NCBI RefSeq assembly: GCF_902713615.1
Contig: NC_052172.1
Span: 20,349,954-20,413,953 of the forward strand
DNA length: 64,000 nucleotides
Source: Scyliorhinus canicula
Taxonomy: Eukaryota
Reading direction: 5' to 3'
Shown here: piece after piece, positions 11,373-24,057 of the stretch
Position numbering within the stretch: the stretch's first letter is position 1
How the letters are laid out: every line of letters begins with the position of its first letter
Program-made: the position numbers and the translations under genes
The notes under the pieces: model-generated
What the model was told of the DNA's origin: nothing
Database searches by the model: none
The model's input: only the letters and a program-made list of their open reading frames with translations

Positions 11373-12619
11373 AATAATAATTGCTTGTTGTCACAAGTAG
11401 GCTTCAATGAAGTTACTGTGAAAATCCAATCCAATCCTGGGCTCTAAAGAAAGCAATCCCAGACGATCCAATCTTTCCAGCAAGCTAGCCTCTCCGAGAG
11501 TCTCCAATGCATGAATGTGATCACCCCCTGACTATAAATGATGAGGAGACCACAAGCTGTCTCCTCGTCTTTTACACAGTTCCAGCGTAACTTGCCTGCT
11601 CATACACAATAGGTTAAATTCTACAGGCTCCCTACATCCGCCCTCCACTCTCCACCGTGCTCTCCCCACACCCCTCTCCCCAGGATCTGCCAGCCCACAG
11701 CCCAGCTCCAAAGAGGTCGAATGTCCGGGTCCATCGCCGAACATCACCCCGTCGGTTTACCTGCAGTACCAGCAGTGGCCACCGCTCCTCCTGGTGGTGC
11801 CGGAGTGCAGAACTACTGCCCTCCAATTGGTTGCTAGGTCTACGAAGCAGGACCTTCTCCAAAATGATGGACAGAAGTCCCGCCTCACACTAACTAAAGG
11901 GCCGTCACCCCCCCCCCCCCCCCCGCAAAAGGTAAAGGGGGCCGAGCTGATGGAGCAGTGCTGGGCTTGACCTTGACATTTACTCTGGTGCGCAGAGAGC
12001 CCCTAATCCAGCCCTATGTCACAGCCAGAACTAAAGCATTCTGGATTATCTACCATTCATGGCAGCTGATGTGCGTTGTATTGAAAGCCAATGTCCAGGA
12101 CTCAAAGACTATCTCATTGGCATCTCATTTCCAATTCTCAGCATCATCGCAAGGACAATTGGAAACAGGCCCCTGCCAAAGGATTGAGTAACACAGACAG
12201 AATGTCTTCCTTTCTTTCTCCTCCTCCTCAACCTGGGAACAAGGCCAGCCTGACCAAAGAGCGCCTTTGTCTATGGGTGTGCGTTTCTGCTTCTTTCTGC
12301 CAAATGCTGAGTTCTAAATGAAATCGCCTGGCAGCTTCTGTACCCACTGGGCACCAGGACACGGTGCAAAGAGACTCTTTATTTGATTGTGTACGAGGTT
12401 AGTTGCTGTCTGCTGACTATGGCTTGATTCAGACTGTTTCCCGTAACGCGCGGAGAGTCACAATCTGTAGACAGTTGTATTGTTCCGCACATTAGGGTCA
12501 GGGCTGTTCAGTAATTTGGGCATTCCAATCGGGATGGAGTGGGCCTTCGGAAGGGGGAGGGAAGTGGTTTTAGGGCTCTGTGCTGGTGTGAGACACCCAG
12601 GAGTCCGTATATAAAGTAA

Positions 12620-12930
12620 ACCCATATCCACCTGGTGCCGTTCCCTTCGCCATCCAGGGTTCATACACCAGATGTGGAGGCTGTTCCTCGTCTTTCAATT
12701 AGACACTTCACAGCCTTTTGGACCCAACATTGTGTTCAACAACATCAGACTGCAACCTGTCTTCTCTCTGTTTTGTTTCCTTCTGGTCTTAATATTTTTT
12801 TCTCATTTTTGATTTTAGACAATAGCGCTTCAGAATTCCATCATCCACACCTCCGATGAGCCCAACCACTGCTTCTGGACGTGTCCCAATACTACTTCCA
12901 TTCACTCTGTCCCTTCAATAATATGTCAAT
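12620..12930 (+). mobile_element. Penelope-like element 3' remnant (continues at 14265-14329 and 15235-15290)
   Basis: Decayed GIY-YIG C-terminus-like sequence; pseudo-LTR motif CTCTCTCCACAGAT...GCTGAGTATTTCCAGCA with a degenerate hammerhead core. Confidence 0.55.
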
Positions 12931-12934
12931 TAAT

Positions 12935-14268
12935 TTATAAAATATTTTTATTCTCCTCCTTTTTTACATTTTCTCCCAAATTTACAGCCACCAACAATAA
13001 ACAATAATCAGTAACAAATATGTCAATCCCCATATCAATAATAGCGATCCCATCCTCCCACCAAACCCCCAAACATTAGCCCACATGTTTGCATAAACAA
13101 ATGACAAAAAGGAATCAGGAATCACCCATAGTCACCATTAACACACACACAGCCCCCCTCCCCCCAACCCTCCCACCCACATGCCCCAACTAATGTTCGA
13201 TATTATCCATAATGTGCATAAAGTGCATAATGAATAGTGCCCATGAATTGTAGAACCCCTCCATCCTTCCCCTCAGTTCAAACTTAACCTTCTCAAGAGT
13301 CAAGTATTCCACCAGGTGCCCCCACCACGCCAGGGCACAGGGTGGAGAGGCTGCTCTCCATCCCAGCAGGATCCATCTTCGGGCGATCAACGAAGCGAAG
13401 GCTACGATATCTGCCTCCGCACCCGTTTCCAACCCTGGCTGGTCCGACATCCCGAATATGGCCTCCCGGGGACCCGGGTCCAGTTTCACGTGCACCACTT
13501 TAGAGATTACCCTGAAAACCTCCTTCCAGTAATCCTTCAGCTCTGGACAGGACCAAAACATATGAACGTGATTAGCGGGGGGCCCCCGCAACGTTCACAC
13601 ACATCTTCTACTCCTTCAAAGAATTGGCTCATCCTCACCCTCGTGAGGTGTGCTCTGTATACCACCTTCAGCTGTATCAGTCCCAACCTCCCACATGAGG
13701 TGGAGGCCTTCACTCTCCGGAGCACCTCACACCAGAACCCCTCCTCCATATCCTCTCCCAACTCTTCCTCCCACTTTGCCTTGATCCCTTCCAGCGCTGC
13801 CTTCTCCTCCTCCAAAATAGCCCTGGAAACCGCCAACACTACTCTTTCTCCAGTCCCCATGTCGTCAGCACCTCCTCCAGCAATGTGGAGGCCGGCTCCA
13901 CCGGGAAGCTCTGCATCTCCTTCCTGGCAAAATCCCGAACCTGCATGTATCTAAACATTTCCCTTGCTCCAGCCCATACTTCGCTTCCAGCTCCCTCAAT
14001 CCTGCAAACCGACCCCTAAGAAACAAATCTTTTAGTGTCCTAATCCCCTTCTCCTCCCATTTCTGAAAATCTGCGGTTCCCCCGAGTCGGCATTTCCCTT
14101 GGCCCTGCCTCCAACCCGAAGTGTTGGCGAAACTGCCTCCAAATTCTCAATGAAGCTTTATTACCGGACTCCCTGAGTATTTCCCCGGGGCCAACGGGAG
14201 CAGCGCTGTTTGTTGCTAGTGCTTTCACTCCCGACCCCCTGCACAAACTCTCCTCCATCCTGACCCAC
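12935..14268 (-). mobile_element. L1-clade LINE 3' fragment
   Basis: ORF2 C-terminal CCHC region (CERCGG..NHVHMFWSCP; KWEEELGEDMEEGFW); AATAAA and A-tail at the left end. Confidence 0.88.
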
Positions 14269-14329
14269 TCTAATGAAAGGTCACCTGAAGCGTTCCTCTC
14301 TCCACAGATTCCGTCTGACATGCTGAGTA

Positions 14330-15234
14330 TGTGCGAGTCCTTCCTGTTATGTCTTTTGTTTCCATTTATTTTCATTTTGGTCCGTGGACCCATCATCAAG
14401 CCTTCAAGCAGAAGCCTACGTCAAAACAGCCCGCTTACCAGGACACGCTGTTCCCAGGTTTAGTATTTTGGAAAGAAGGAGCCAGGCTCCTAGGCACCAA
14501 GTGGCTCTTAGGAACCAGCTGCGAGAGGCTCAGTTCAATTTGGTAACTGGCAACTGGTGGGTTGGCCGGGGACAGTGTTCTGCCTGACAACAGTCAACGA
14601 TTGATTGCTGCGTGATGCTGTCTGAGGGAACTGGGCAGAAGTGTTTAGCCCTTGGAAGGGAAAGGAACTCTCTACCCCCCCCCCCCCCCCCCGCCTGTTG
14701 AAGTGAAATAAATGTTCTCTTGTTCTGAAAGCAGTGCGTGTCTGTCACATCCTGTGCTGCGAACCTAAATGATTGCTGGGTCTGCAGAGAACTTTGGCTG
14801 AGAAAACCGTCTCAGGCCTTGAAGGAAGAGGTACCAAACCAAAAGCCTGAACTTCAGAAAGACTTTAACTGGAAGTCATCCCAGTGCAAATCCTGATCCT
14901 TTTATTTTTGTTGATATTTTCTTTCCCTTTCCACCATTCTCTCCCCTCTGTGTCGGTTTGTCTGTATGTGTGTGTAGATAGAGAATAGGGCAAGTTAGGA
15001 AGGGGGGGCTTGGGAAAGGGGTATTTGTCAGTTACATTTTCTGTCCGTTTAATTATAATACTGTAAATAATAAAAGATTACTTGTACTTTAAAGATACAA
15101 ACCTGGTATTGCGGTTATTGGGTTCAATAACCCAATAAGGACCTCGGGTATTTGAAATAAAATCTAATTTCATCTGTAGTTGCAACTCCGGGGGCGAGTG
15201 GGGCTGGAGTTGACCGCACACCAGTGTTGTGACA
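14330..15234 (+). mobile_element. Solo LTR (about 905 bp) inserted in a Penelope pseudo-LTR
   Basis: TG...CA termini; imperfect TSD AGTA/AATA; host motif resumes exactly after it; AATAAA near 15068. Confidence 0.65.
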
Positions 15235-15994
15235 AATATTTCCAGCACTTTCCATGTTTGTGCCTGATTTCCAGGATCCGCAGAATTTCGTTTCTGGTCT
15301 TGAACTCGTGGGAGCGGCCCCGATTTCCCCAACATTGACATTTGCCAACAGAAAATGTAGCCAATTTTTTTTTTTTTAAGACTCTCCATTTGATAAAAGC
15401 GGTTCTCAAAATGAGCGGGTGGCTCTGATATCCCACCGCCCCAGTCCCTCAAAACTTCTGAAGATACAGATTCCTGCTGCAGTACAGTTTCAAAGTTAAA
15501 GGCTTGACCACGAGAGATTGAGCAGCAAATATTGGGTCTATTTTAATACTGGGGTAGGAGCAGGGCCCCACAACCAAACCTGATATCATTATTAGGTTAT
15601 CTCTCGCCGCACAATCTTAATGCTTGGGAGGGAATTAAACAATAATGAAGAATTCCTGTCAATATCTCCTCTCTCTAGATCACATACAGCTCCATACACT
15701 GCACACCCCCTCCCCACCCCCACACACTGCCCTGCACCCCCACCATCCCCACTCCTCACTTTGTCTGCAGGATTTGGGTAGCTAGTAACATGGGGCAGAG
15801 GAGAGGTCCTGGCATCCTCCTTGCCTGCATGGTTCAGCTCCTTATATAAATGAAACTGAATCCCTTCCTTCAAGAAAATGCTTCAACGATATTCATAACC
15901 ACTGCAGATGACACAATTTGAACATTTCATCCTTCTCCACATTCAGTCGCAATCTCGCCATTGTTAATGTGCATTCATCATACTCCATAATGAG

Positions 15995-16178
15995 AATGAA
16001 ATGAAAATGTAAATCGCTTATTGTCACGAGTAGACTTCAATGAAGTTACTGTGAAAACCCCTAGTCGCCACATTCCGGCGCCTGTTCGGGGAGGCTGTTA
16101 TGGGAATCGAACCGTGCTGCTGGCCTGCTTGGTCTGCTTTCAAAGCCAGCGATTTAGCCCAGTGTGCTAAACAGCCCC
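15995..16178 (-). mobile_element. Type D tRNA-derived SINE
   Basis: Reverse complement of 1373-1547. Confidence 0.85.
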
Positions 16179-16360
16179 CATAATCGTTCATTTTTTTTTT
16201 TAAATCATTAGAAATTCTTCAAATCAGACTTCACATTTTAACCATCAGAAGTACTTTTTTTTTAAAGCCATGTTGGGTCCTGTATTATCACAGAACATTC
16301 TGGAAAAACTCATCAGATCCGACAGCACCTGTGGAGAGATAATCAATGGAGATAACATTG

Positions 16361-17072
16361 TGGACGCGATTCTACGGAAATATTTCAAAGGGCGATCTCG
16401 GGCACGTTTGCCGGTGTACTTCCGCCGTTTGGGGCCTTGGGTAGCTTCTCCCCGGCAGACGCCACGCTTCCAGCGCTGGGGAGCTGAGCTGGCCTCCAGC
16501 ACCGGCCCCCAGAGATTGGCCGCCATTTTGAAAGGTTGCCCCGATCTCTACACTCCCCGTCCCCCACCCTTTCGGGACACGGCCTTCACCACATCCAACC
16601 TTTCTGCGGCCCTTCATAGCCCCCTTTTCATGGAAATGCCCCCCCCCAAGCCCCGAACCTAGGAAGTGCAAACCTGGCACCCAGGCACCTTGGCACTGCC
16701 AACCAGGTGGCACTGTCGGGGTGACCTAGTGGCACTGTCAGGGTGCCCGGCGAATGGCAGGTTACCTCCCTGCACCAGACCACCTGCTCTAAAGGCCTCC
16801 GAAACCCCTCCCCCCAACCCCGTGCTGCCATCACGCCTGGTCCAATTCTATGGAAACCAGCGCTAATCGGCACCTGGGGCAGAGGCCCAACAGGCGCGGC
16901 CGTTGGCTCCCGGGAGCTGAGTGAATGCAGGGTCGGGATATTTAAGTGAGCCTCCTGCTCAAAATTAAGATCGCGCTGGGCGGAGCCAGTTGGCTGAATC
17001 GCGATTGGCCTGGCACCCGTTATGAAGCCTGATATGGGGCTCACCCATCGTGCTTGGCAGAATCGTGCGCCC
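16361..17072. mobile_element. Non-autonomous DNA transposon, PIF/Harbinger-like
   Basis: Imperfect terminal inverted repeats (TIRs) GGACGCGATTCT / AGAATCGTGCGCCC; CpG-rich interior; interrupts a Penelope pseudo-LTR remnant. Confidence 0.55.
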
Positions 17073-17123
17073 TTTTGACTCCACATCAATCTGGAAAGTG
17101 GTAAAAACGTGTTGTATTGTGGT

Positions 17124-17461
17124 CATAGAATCAACAGTGCAGAAGGAGGCCATTCGGCCCATTGAGTCTGCACCGGCCCTTACAAAGAGTGCCCTACTCA
17201 AGCCCACATATCTACCCTATCCCCGTAACCCAGTAACCCCCACTTAACCTTTTTGGACACAAAGGGCAATTTATCATGGCCAATCCACCTAACCCGCACG
17301 TCTTTCGACTGTGGGAGGAAACCGGAGCACCCGGAGGAAACCCACGCCAACACGGGGAGAACGTGCAGACTCCGCACAGACGGTGACCCAAGCCGGGAAT
17401 CGAACCTGGGACCCTGGAGCTGTGAAGCAATTGTGCTAACCAGTATGCTACCGTGCTGCCC
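17124..17461 (-). mobile_element. Canonical HE1 SINE (CR1/HER1-type tail, 'type A')
   Basis: tRNA head + V-domain + GGGCCGAATGGCCTCCTTCTGCACTG tail. Confidence 0.9.
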
Positions 17462-17697
17462 TGTTATGTTCGACCGAACCTAGAGACTTCTTTATCTGCA
17501 AGTCTCCCATTACCAAATCAGCAATCAAAGTCTGATGGAATTTGAGCATTTACTTGCAATAAGAACTTCAAGGCCTTAAAAAGGGCTTAAAAGACCTTCG
17601 GCTCTGCTAGCCTCACTTTAGGACGGATGGGTAGGTTCTTTAGAGGGGGCAGAGGAGATTTATCAGAATGGTTCCAGCGATGAGGGATTTTAGCACA

Positions 17698-18016
17698 GGC
17701 AGCACGGTAGCACAGTGGTTAGCACTGTGGCTTCATAGCGCCAGGGTCCCAGGTTCAATTCCCCGCTGGGTCACTGTCTGTGCGGAGTCTGCACGTTCTC
17801 CCTGTGACTGCGTGGGTTTCCTCCGGGTGCTCCGGTTTCCTCCCGCAGTCCAAAGACGTGCAAGATTAGGTGGATTGGACGTGATAAATTGCCCCTTAGT
17901 GACCAAAAAGGTCAGGTGGTGTTAGTGGGTTATGGGGATAGGGTGGAAGTGAGGGCTGAAGTGGGTCGGTGCAGACTCAATGGGCCGAATGGCCTCCTTC
18001 TGCACTGTATGTTCTA
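17698..18016 (+). mobile_element. Canonical HE1 SINE inserted in a CR1 fragment (about 17630-18380)
   Basis: Same structure as 17124-17461, opposite strand. Confidence 0.9.
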
Positions 18017-18865
18017 TGTATCTAGCTCCAAGGTTATCAGGGTTGGAGAATCCTGGGTTGTTCTCCTTGTTGAAAAGGAGATCGAGGGACGGACGACTTG
18101 ATGGCGGTCTACGAGGTTGTGACGGATTTAGGCAAGGCAGGCAAGGAACAGAGATTCAGGATTTTGGACAAGAGGAAATGTGCGGAAGAATGTTTCCTAG
18201 CCGGCGGTGAGTGGAATGACCTGGAACTCTCAGCCGGAGAGGCAATCAATGATTTCAGAAAGAATGTGGGTGGGCACTTGAGGGAAATAAACTCACAGAG
18301 CAGGGAGGGGCCAGGGAGTGACTGGATTGTGTTATAGAGGGGCCAGCATGGATTTGCAGGACTGAATGGCCTTCTTCTCATGCCCCAGAAAGACTCTTAA
18401 CGCCTTTGATCAGCACCTTAAATACATTTCATCTTCAAAAATAATACATTGCACATGACAGGATTTAATGCTCCTGTTATTATGAAACAGGACATCAACT
18501 GACTTAGTGTCAGTGAAGCCATGGGAGGCCCTGATAATATTAATACAGTTTGTCAGCTGCTTCTGTGCCAAGGACCCACAGAAGGAAGGTGGGCTGACAC
18601 CTGTTATTCTCCATATGTCATGTTCCTGATGACAGCCAGGCGGAAGCGAAGCATTTCCCCAAAGAGAAATAAGGAGGTAGAGAGAAATTTCAACGCCCTG
18701 GTGGCTGCTCGTGAACTTCAGAAAGAGGCCTCCAGGTTCACTGAGTCTGGGGAGTGTGTGTCGCACTGAAGACACGTACATGAGGGGGTGGTGGGGGAAG
18801 AAATTGAAAAATAGACAGACAAGTGTCAGCACTGAATCTGCTGCCCAGGTCTGCTATTTTATCGG

Positions 18866-19795
18866 CTTGGGAGGGGAAGAGGAGAAGGGAAATGGAAGGG
18901 GAGGGGGAAGGGGAAGGAAGGATGGGGCCAGGAGCAGAGGAAGGACAGAGGGAGGGGGAGGAAGGAGTGAGAGGGAGAGGGAAACGAGAGGGAGGGAGAG
19001 GGGGAGGGGGAGCAGGCAGGAGGTGGAGTGGGAGAGAGGAGCAAGAGGGAGGGAGAGAGGGACGGAGGGAGCAGCGAGAGGAAGGGAGGGAGGGTGAGAG
19101 TGAGGGAGGGAGGAGCAAGAGGGAGGGAGGGAGCAGCGAGAGGGAGGGAGGGTGAGAATTAGGGCGGGAGGGAGGAGCGAGAAGGAGGGATGGAGGGAGC
19201 GAGAAGTTGGAGGGAGGGAGGGTGAGAATGAAGGAGGGAGGGAGGAGCAAGAAGAAGGGCTGGAGGAGCGAGAGGGAGGGAGGAAGGAGCGAGAAGGAGG
19301 GATGGAGGCGTGAGAGGGATGGAGGGAGAAGCGAGAGGGAAGAGGGAAGGAGGAGTGTGATGGAGGGAGGGAGAGAGGGTGAGAATGAGGGAGGGCAGGA
19401 GGAGCGAGAGTGAGGGAGGGAGGGAGAGAGGGTGAGAATGAGGGAGGGAGGGAGGAACAAGAGGGTTGAGGGAGGGAGAGTGAGAATGAGGGAGGGCGGG
19501 AGGAAGAAGAGGGAGGGAAGGTGAGATTGAGGGAGGGCGGGAGGAGCGAGAGTGAGGGAGAGAGGGAAGGTGAGAATGAGGGAGGGAGGGAGGAACAAGA
19601 GGGAGGGAGAGAGAGAGGGGGAGCAGGCAGGGGGTATGTGGTGGGTGGGAGGAGCAAGAGGCAGGGAGGGAGGGAAGGAGGGTGGGATGGAGGAGAGAGG
19701 AGGGATGGAGGACCGAGAGCGAGGGAGAAGGAAGTGGGAAGAGGATGAAGGCCAAATTAGATGAGGATGAAGAAACGGGAAAGGGAAAGGAGAAC
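18866..19795. repeat. About 0.9-kb polypurine (GA-rich) degenerate tandem repeat
   Basis: Almost only G/A on the plus strand; recurring GGGAGGGAGGGTGAGAATGA / GGAGGAGCGAGA units. Confidence 0.9.
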
Positions 19796-22222
19796 ATAAT
19801 CTCTCCCTTTGACAAAAATGAGGCGGCTTGATTAACGCAGGAGCAGAGGAGGGTATAGATAACCCTTTCAGCTCCATGGCCTCTTAATGACACGGTCAAA
19901 ATGGACTACACAAATCAATTGTAACACACCAAGATGGTACTCAAATTCAGGAATCTTGTAAAAGATTTCAATTGGAAAGAAAAACAATAGAAACTGTGGC
20001 TCAAGTTCTTTTGATTCTATTGCTTATTTATCATTCCCAATTATTATATTCTAAGATATTACATTCTGACTGTGCACTGCATTTAATTAGAAATACCACT
20101 GCGTTCTAAATATTTGCTGTCCATCTATATATAAAATTGAAAAGTAACCCTAGTTATTTTAACAGTGAGTGAAATTTTCTGGGGAACGTTAAACTTATTC
20201 CACCTGGAAGAAAATGTGCTAATCGTGTGTAATCGGTCTGTATAGATTTAGCATGTACACAGCACAGGATCAGTTACAGTGTGACCTGAGATATAGAGGT
20301 GTCTAAATAACACACATCACAAACCTTCCAGAAAGAATCGTCTGGTATTATCAAAAAAAAAGCATTTCTATTTTCTTAGTAACAGAGTTTGAATCCTCAA
20401 CAACAATAACAACAACAACATGACAGGTTATATATTTAAAATCCATTTTGGAGAAAGGGGGGGGGGGGGGAGAGAATGGTCAGAAACACACCCTTAGGGG
20501 AACAAAACATGTGATGCTAAATATAATTCAACATGCATCATTGATCGGTTTTCTGCCTTGTTTTGCCATTTTGCGGGGCCCCTCTCGTTGAGCAGAAGGG
20601 GCTGAACAATAGGAGAGACAGACAGCACCAACCTGGCATTGGGTTGCAATCTGCGTCGTTGAGAGAGTACCAGACATGGCAGAGAGAGAGAGAGAGAGAA
20701 ACATGTAACCAACCCTACATCCCTGGTAGATGGAGCATCAGATGTTGTCCCCTCTGCCTTTCCCTCAATGCTAATCTGGGAGGAAAGCAGCAATTAAACA
20801 GGAGCCACCGCGCCTCTGTCAAAACACCATCTTTAAACGTGTCAACATCCCTGGGACCAGCGCCCTTCCCAATCCTCAGAAATTCCCATCCGCAGCGGCT
20901 GTTGCAATTTCATCCGTGTGTTGCACTGCGGACCCATTGCTACATTTACTGGCGATTTCAGGCAATCCTACCCAAAGCTCCTGCGTCTGCTCCTGGCTGT
21001 CTTGTCCTGTGCTGTGTTGTCCTGATGTGTTTCGCTCTAAAGTCATTCAGCAGAATCTCAAGACTGTGGCTAGACCGTCACAGTCTGCGTCACTCTCACA
21101 CACACACACACTCCTCCTGGGCACTTGTTCAGCTCCTCAGCCAGTCACTGCTGTCTGCACCCCAGACAGCAAATTCTAGAAAGCACCTCCCTTCCATTCA
21201 GGTGATGCTGACTGACTGGCAATGGGGACAAATATTCCAACATCACCAATCCCTCCTGATAGGTTCCATGCACAAACGCCCGATCAATAATATATCTTTG
21301 AAAATAAACATATATTCAGGTTGTTTATAAAATTAAAGGTATTTCCCACAACCCAAAAAGATGTGCCAGGTAGGTGAATTGCCCCTTCATTGGAAAAAAA
21401 AGAATTGGGTACTCGATAAAAATGTAATTAAATTAAAGGTGTTCACGGCGCAATTTTAACTGATTTTTCACAAAATAATCCCATGTTCCCAGAATAACAA
21501 ATTTACGTCCATTAATTGTTACATTTGGTACCATGGGTCTTGTGTTTCATTGTCCTATCATTTTACGTGGCGGAATCGCTGGCTACGTTGTATGTGGTCT
21601 TTCAAAACTACTATCTACCTCCCCCCAAAAAATGCACCCCAGACCAGTGGTGGTCCCGGGGGCCACATGCGGCCCATCTGGGTTCTGAGTGCGACCCCCA
21701 CGAGAAGTTATGTTGACCGTTCCCCATGCGCAGGGTCGTTACATTCCATCCGTGTTGTTTTTTTTTCCTCTCAGAAGGGTGTGCGACTTTGGAACTCTCT
21801 GCCTCAGAGGGTGCTGGAAGAGGGGGGATCACTGAATATTTTTAAGGCGGAGGGGGTTAGATTCTTGTTAGACAAGGTCATCGGGGGGATAAATTAGGAA
21901 TGTGGAACCCGACATAAACAGATCAGCAATGATCTTATTGAATGGCAGAGCAGGCTCGAGGGGCCACTTCTGCTCCTACTTTGTATGTTTCTGCCTCCTT
22001 TTCCTTTCTAATTTCCTTCGATCTGTGATCACTGTAAAATCTATACTTATTTTTCCCACAATTCCACACTCAAGCCTCGAAAATTAGGTTTGTGCCCCTT
22101 CAGCAGTCCTGAAGCAACACTAACCAACATTGCGTCCTATGTGACTGCAGCCACCCTCTCTTCATGCTTCTTAAAGGAAAGAGAAAATGCTGGAAAATCT
22201 CAGCAAGTCTGGCAGCATCTGT

Positions 22223-22722
22223 AGAACAAAGAAGAACAAAGAAAATTACAGCACAGGAACAGGCCCTTCGGCCCTCCCAGCCTGCGCCGATCCAGATCCT
22301 TTATCTAACCTGTTGCCTATTTTCCAAGGATCTACTTCTCTCTTTTCCCCACCCGTTCATATATCTGTTCAGATGCATCTTAAATGATGCTATCGTGCCC
22401 GCCTCTACCACCTCCGCTGGTAAAGCGTTCCAGGCACCCACCACCATCTGCGTTAAAAACTTTCCACGCACATCTCCCTTAAACTTTCCCCCTCTCACCT
22501 TGAAATCGTGACCCCTTGTAACTGACACCCCCACTCTTGGAAAAAGCTTGTTGCTATCCTCCCTGTCCATACCTCTCATAATTTTGTATACCTCAATCAG
22601 GTCCCCCCTCAACCTCCGTCTTTCCAACGAAAACAATCCTAATCTACTCAACCTTTCTTCATAGCTAGCACCCTCCATACCAGGCAACATCCTGGTGAAC
22701 CTCCTCTGCATCCTCTCCAAAG
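22223..22722 (-). mobile_element. Young CR1 LINE 3' fragment inserted in a Penelope pseudo-LTR (22175-22222 and 22723-22760)
   Basis: Open frame [15 protein letters not shown]...[14 protein letters not shown]...WNALP; GTTCTTT-repeat tail. Confidence 0.92.
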
Positions 22723-23247
22723 AGCTAACGTTTCGAGTCCAATGACTCTTTGTCAAAGCTTCATGCTTCTTAACCTGCCTGCAGCCTCTGACATGATGAT
22801 GAACACCAAACTCCTCATGCTTTTTTACTATTGTCCAGCTAAATTGGGGCTGTCTTCACTCTGCTCCACTCTTATCCATTCGGTTGTAGCCAGAGCTCTT
22901 ATCCGCAAACACTTTCCCTTCTTGTAAACAGTAGCATTACATCCCCATTCCCATAGGATCAGTCCTTGCAGCCTCATTTCTCATCTAAATGATACAATCT
23001 GAAAACACAAAGCCAACAGCATCCAGTTTACCTCACCAAAGTCTCTCTCAACCCTTCCACCTCCATCTGAATTGTCATGTGGCCTTTCTGACACTGGATT
23101 ATCAGAAATATCCTTCAATTAAATATGATGAAGACGAAAGCCATTGCCTTTGTTGCCCGCCACAGACTCTGCTCACTTACCACCAATACTATCCCTTTCT
23201 TGGGCCATTCTTTGAGGATGACCCAGTATGTTTTCATCTTTGGGATC

Positions 23248-24053
23248 TGTGATCAATGTGGGAATTTCAGATATATCATATTGTATGTATTTGATGCAGT
23301 AAGGGTTAAAAGTCTGGATTAGTGTGTGTATGACGTCATGTTTTTTTTTAAATCCTGGTTTGAAAGGCAGTTAGGCTTTTTGGGGACAGAGGTGTAATTA
23401 AAGTGTTGTAGAAGTTGGATGAATCAAATTTTGTTTATGAAAAGAAGGTTCTCTGAGGATTATATAATTAGAGGCATTGTATTTAGTTTTAGTAAGATGT
23501 TGTAGTTAATGTGAACCAGAGGCTGAAGCAGTCAGGTATTGAGTTTACAGTTTTCAGGTTTAGTTAAAGAGTTCTGTGGATAGACAAGCAGCTTCTCTGA
23601 AAACAGTGAGGATTGCCTGTGAACAGGACAGAAGCAGTTTCTCAAAGGCTGGCAGGTTAGCCACTAACTTGAGACAGGCAAGAATCTTTAAGCTGGTTCC
23701 TGAAGAATATCCAAGACATCTCTATTAAGCAAGTATTCCTGGGTCTGCTAACTGTATTTAAAAGTGGATTTTGACCTGAGATGGGTGTTGTTTGAGTTGA
23801 GATAAAGATAGTAGCGATCGTTTCATTTTATTGTTCAGCATTGTTTAACTGGTTATTGTAAGTTATTGTCTTTATGATATTATGTTAATAATACTGCGTT
23901 GGTAATAATATTTTAATATATCAGTTCCCTGTGTGTGTGGAATCATTCCTGGAGTAAATTATCCTTTTCTCACAGTCTTACAAATTAACTAAAACATTGG
24001 GGTTTCTGTCCGGTAATCTGGCAACTGTTGGGATCTGGTCTGGGATTGTAATA
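23248..24053 (+). mobile_element. Solo LTR (about 806 bp) in an old L2 LINE
   Basis: TGTGAT...TGTAATA (CA mutated to TA); 4-bp TSD GATC. Confidence 0.7.
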
Positions 24054-24057
24054 GATC

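Noticed and set aside
11731-11880. Possible minus-strand exon ending CAG|GTAAAC
   Set aside because: No convincing acceptor and no similarity to CLIP3 or any protein I recognise.
19867-19887. Possible REST/NRSE site near the neuronal gene CLIP3 (TTCAGCTCCATGGCC)
   Set aside because: Only the left half-site resembles the consensus; the right half (GGACAG) is absent.
18738-19899. Pro/Ser/Leu-rich ORFs of 246-379 aa
   Set aside because: Translation of a polypyrimidine low-complexity tract.
20563-21330. 255-aa plus-strand ORF
   Set aside because: Non-ATG start, runs through microsatellites, no recognisable homology.
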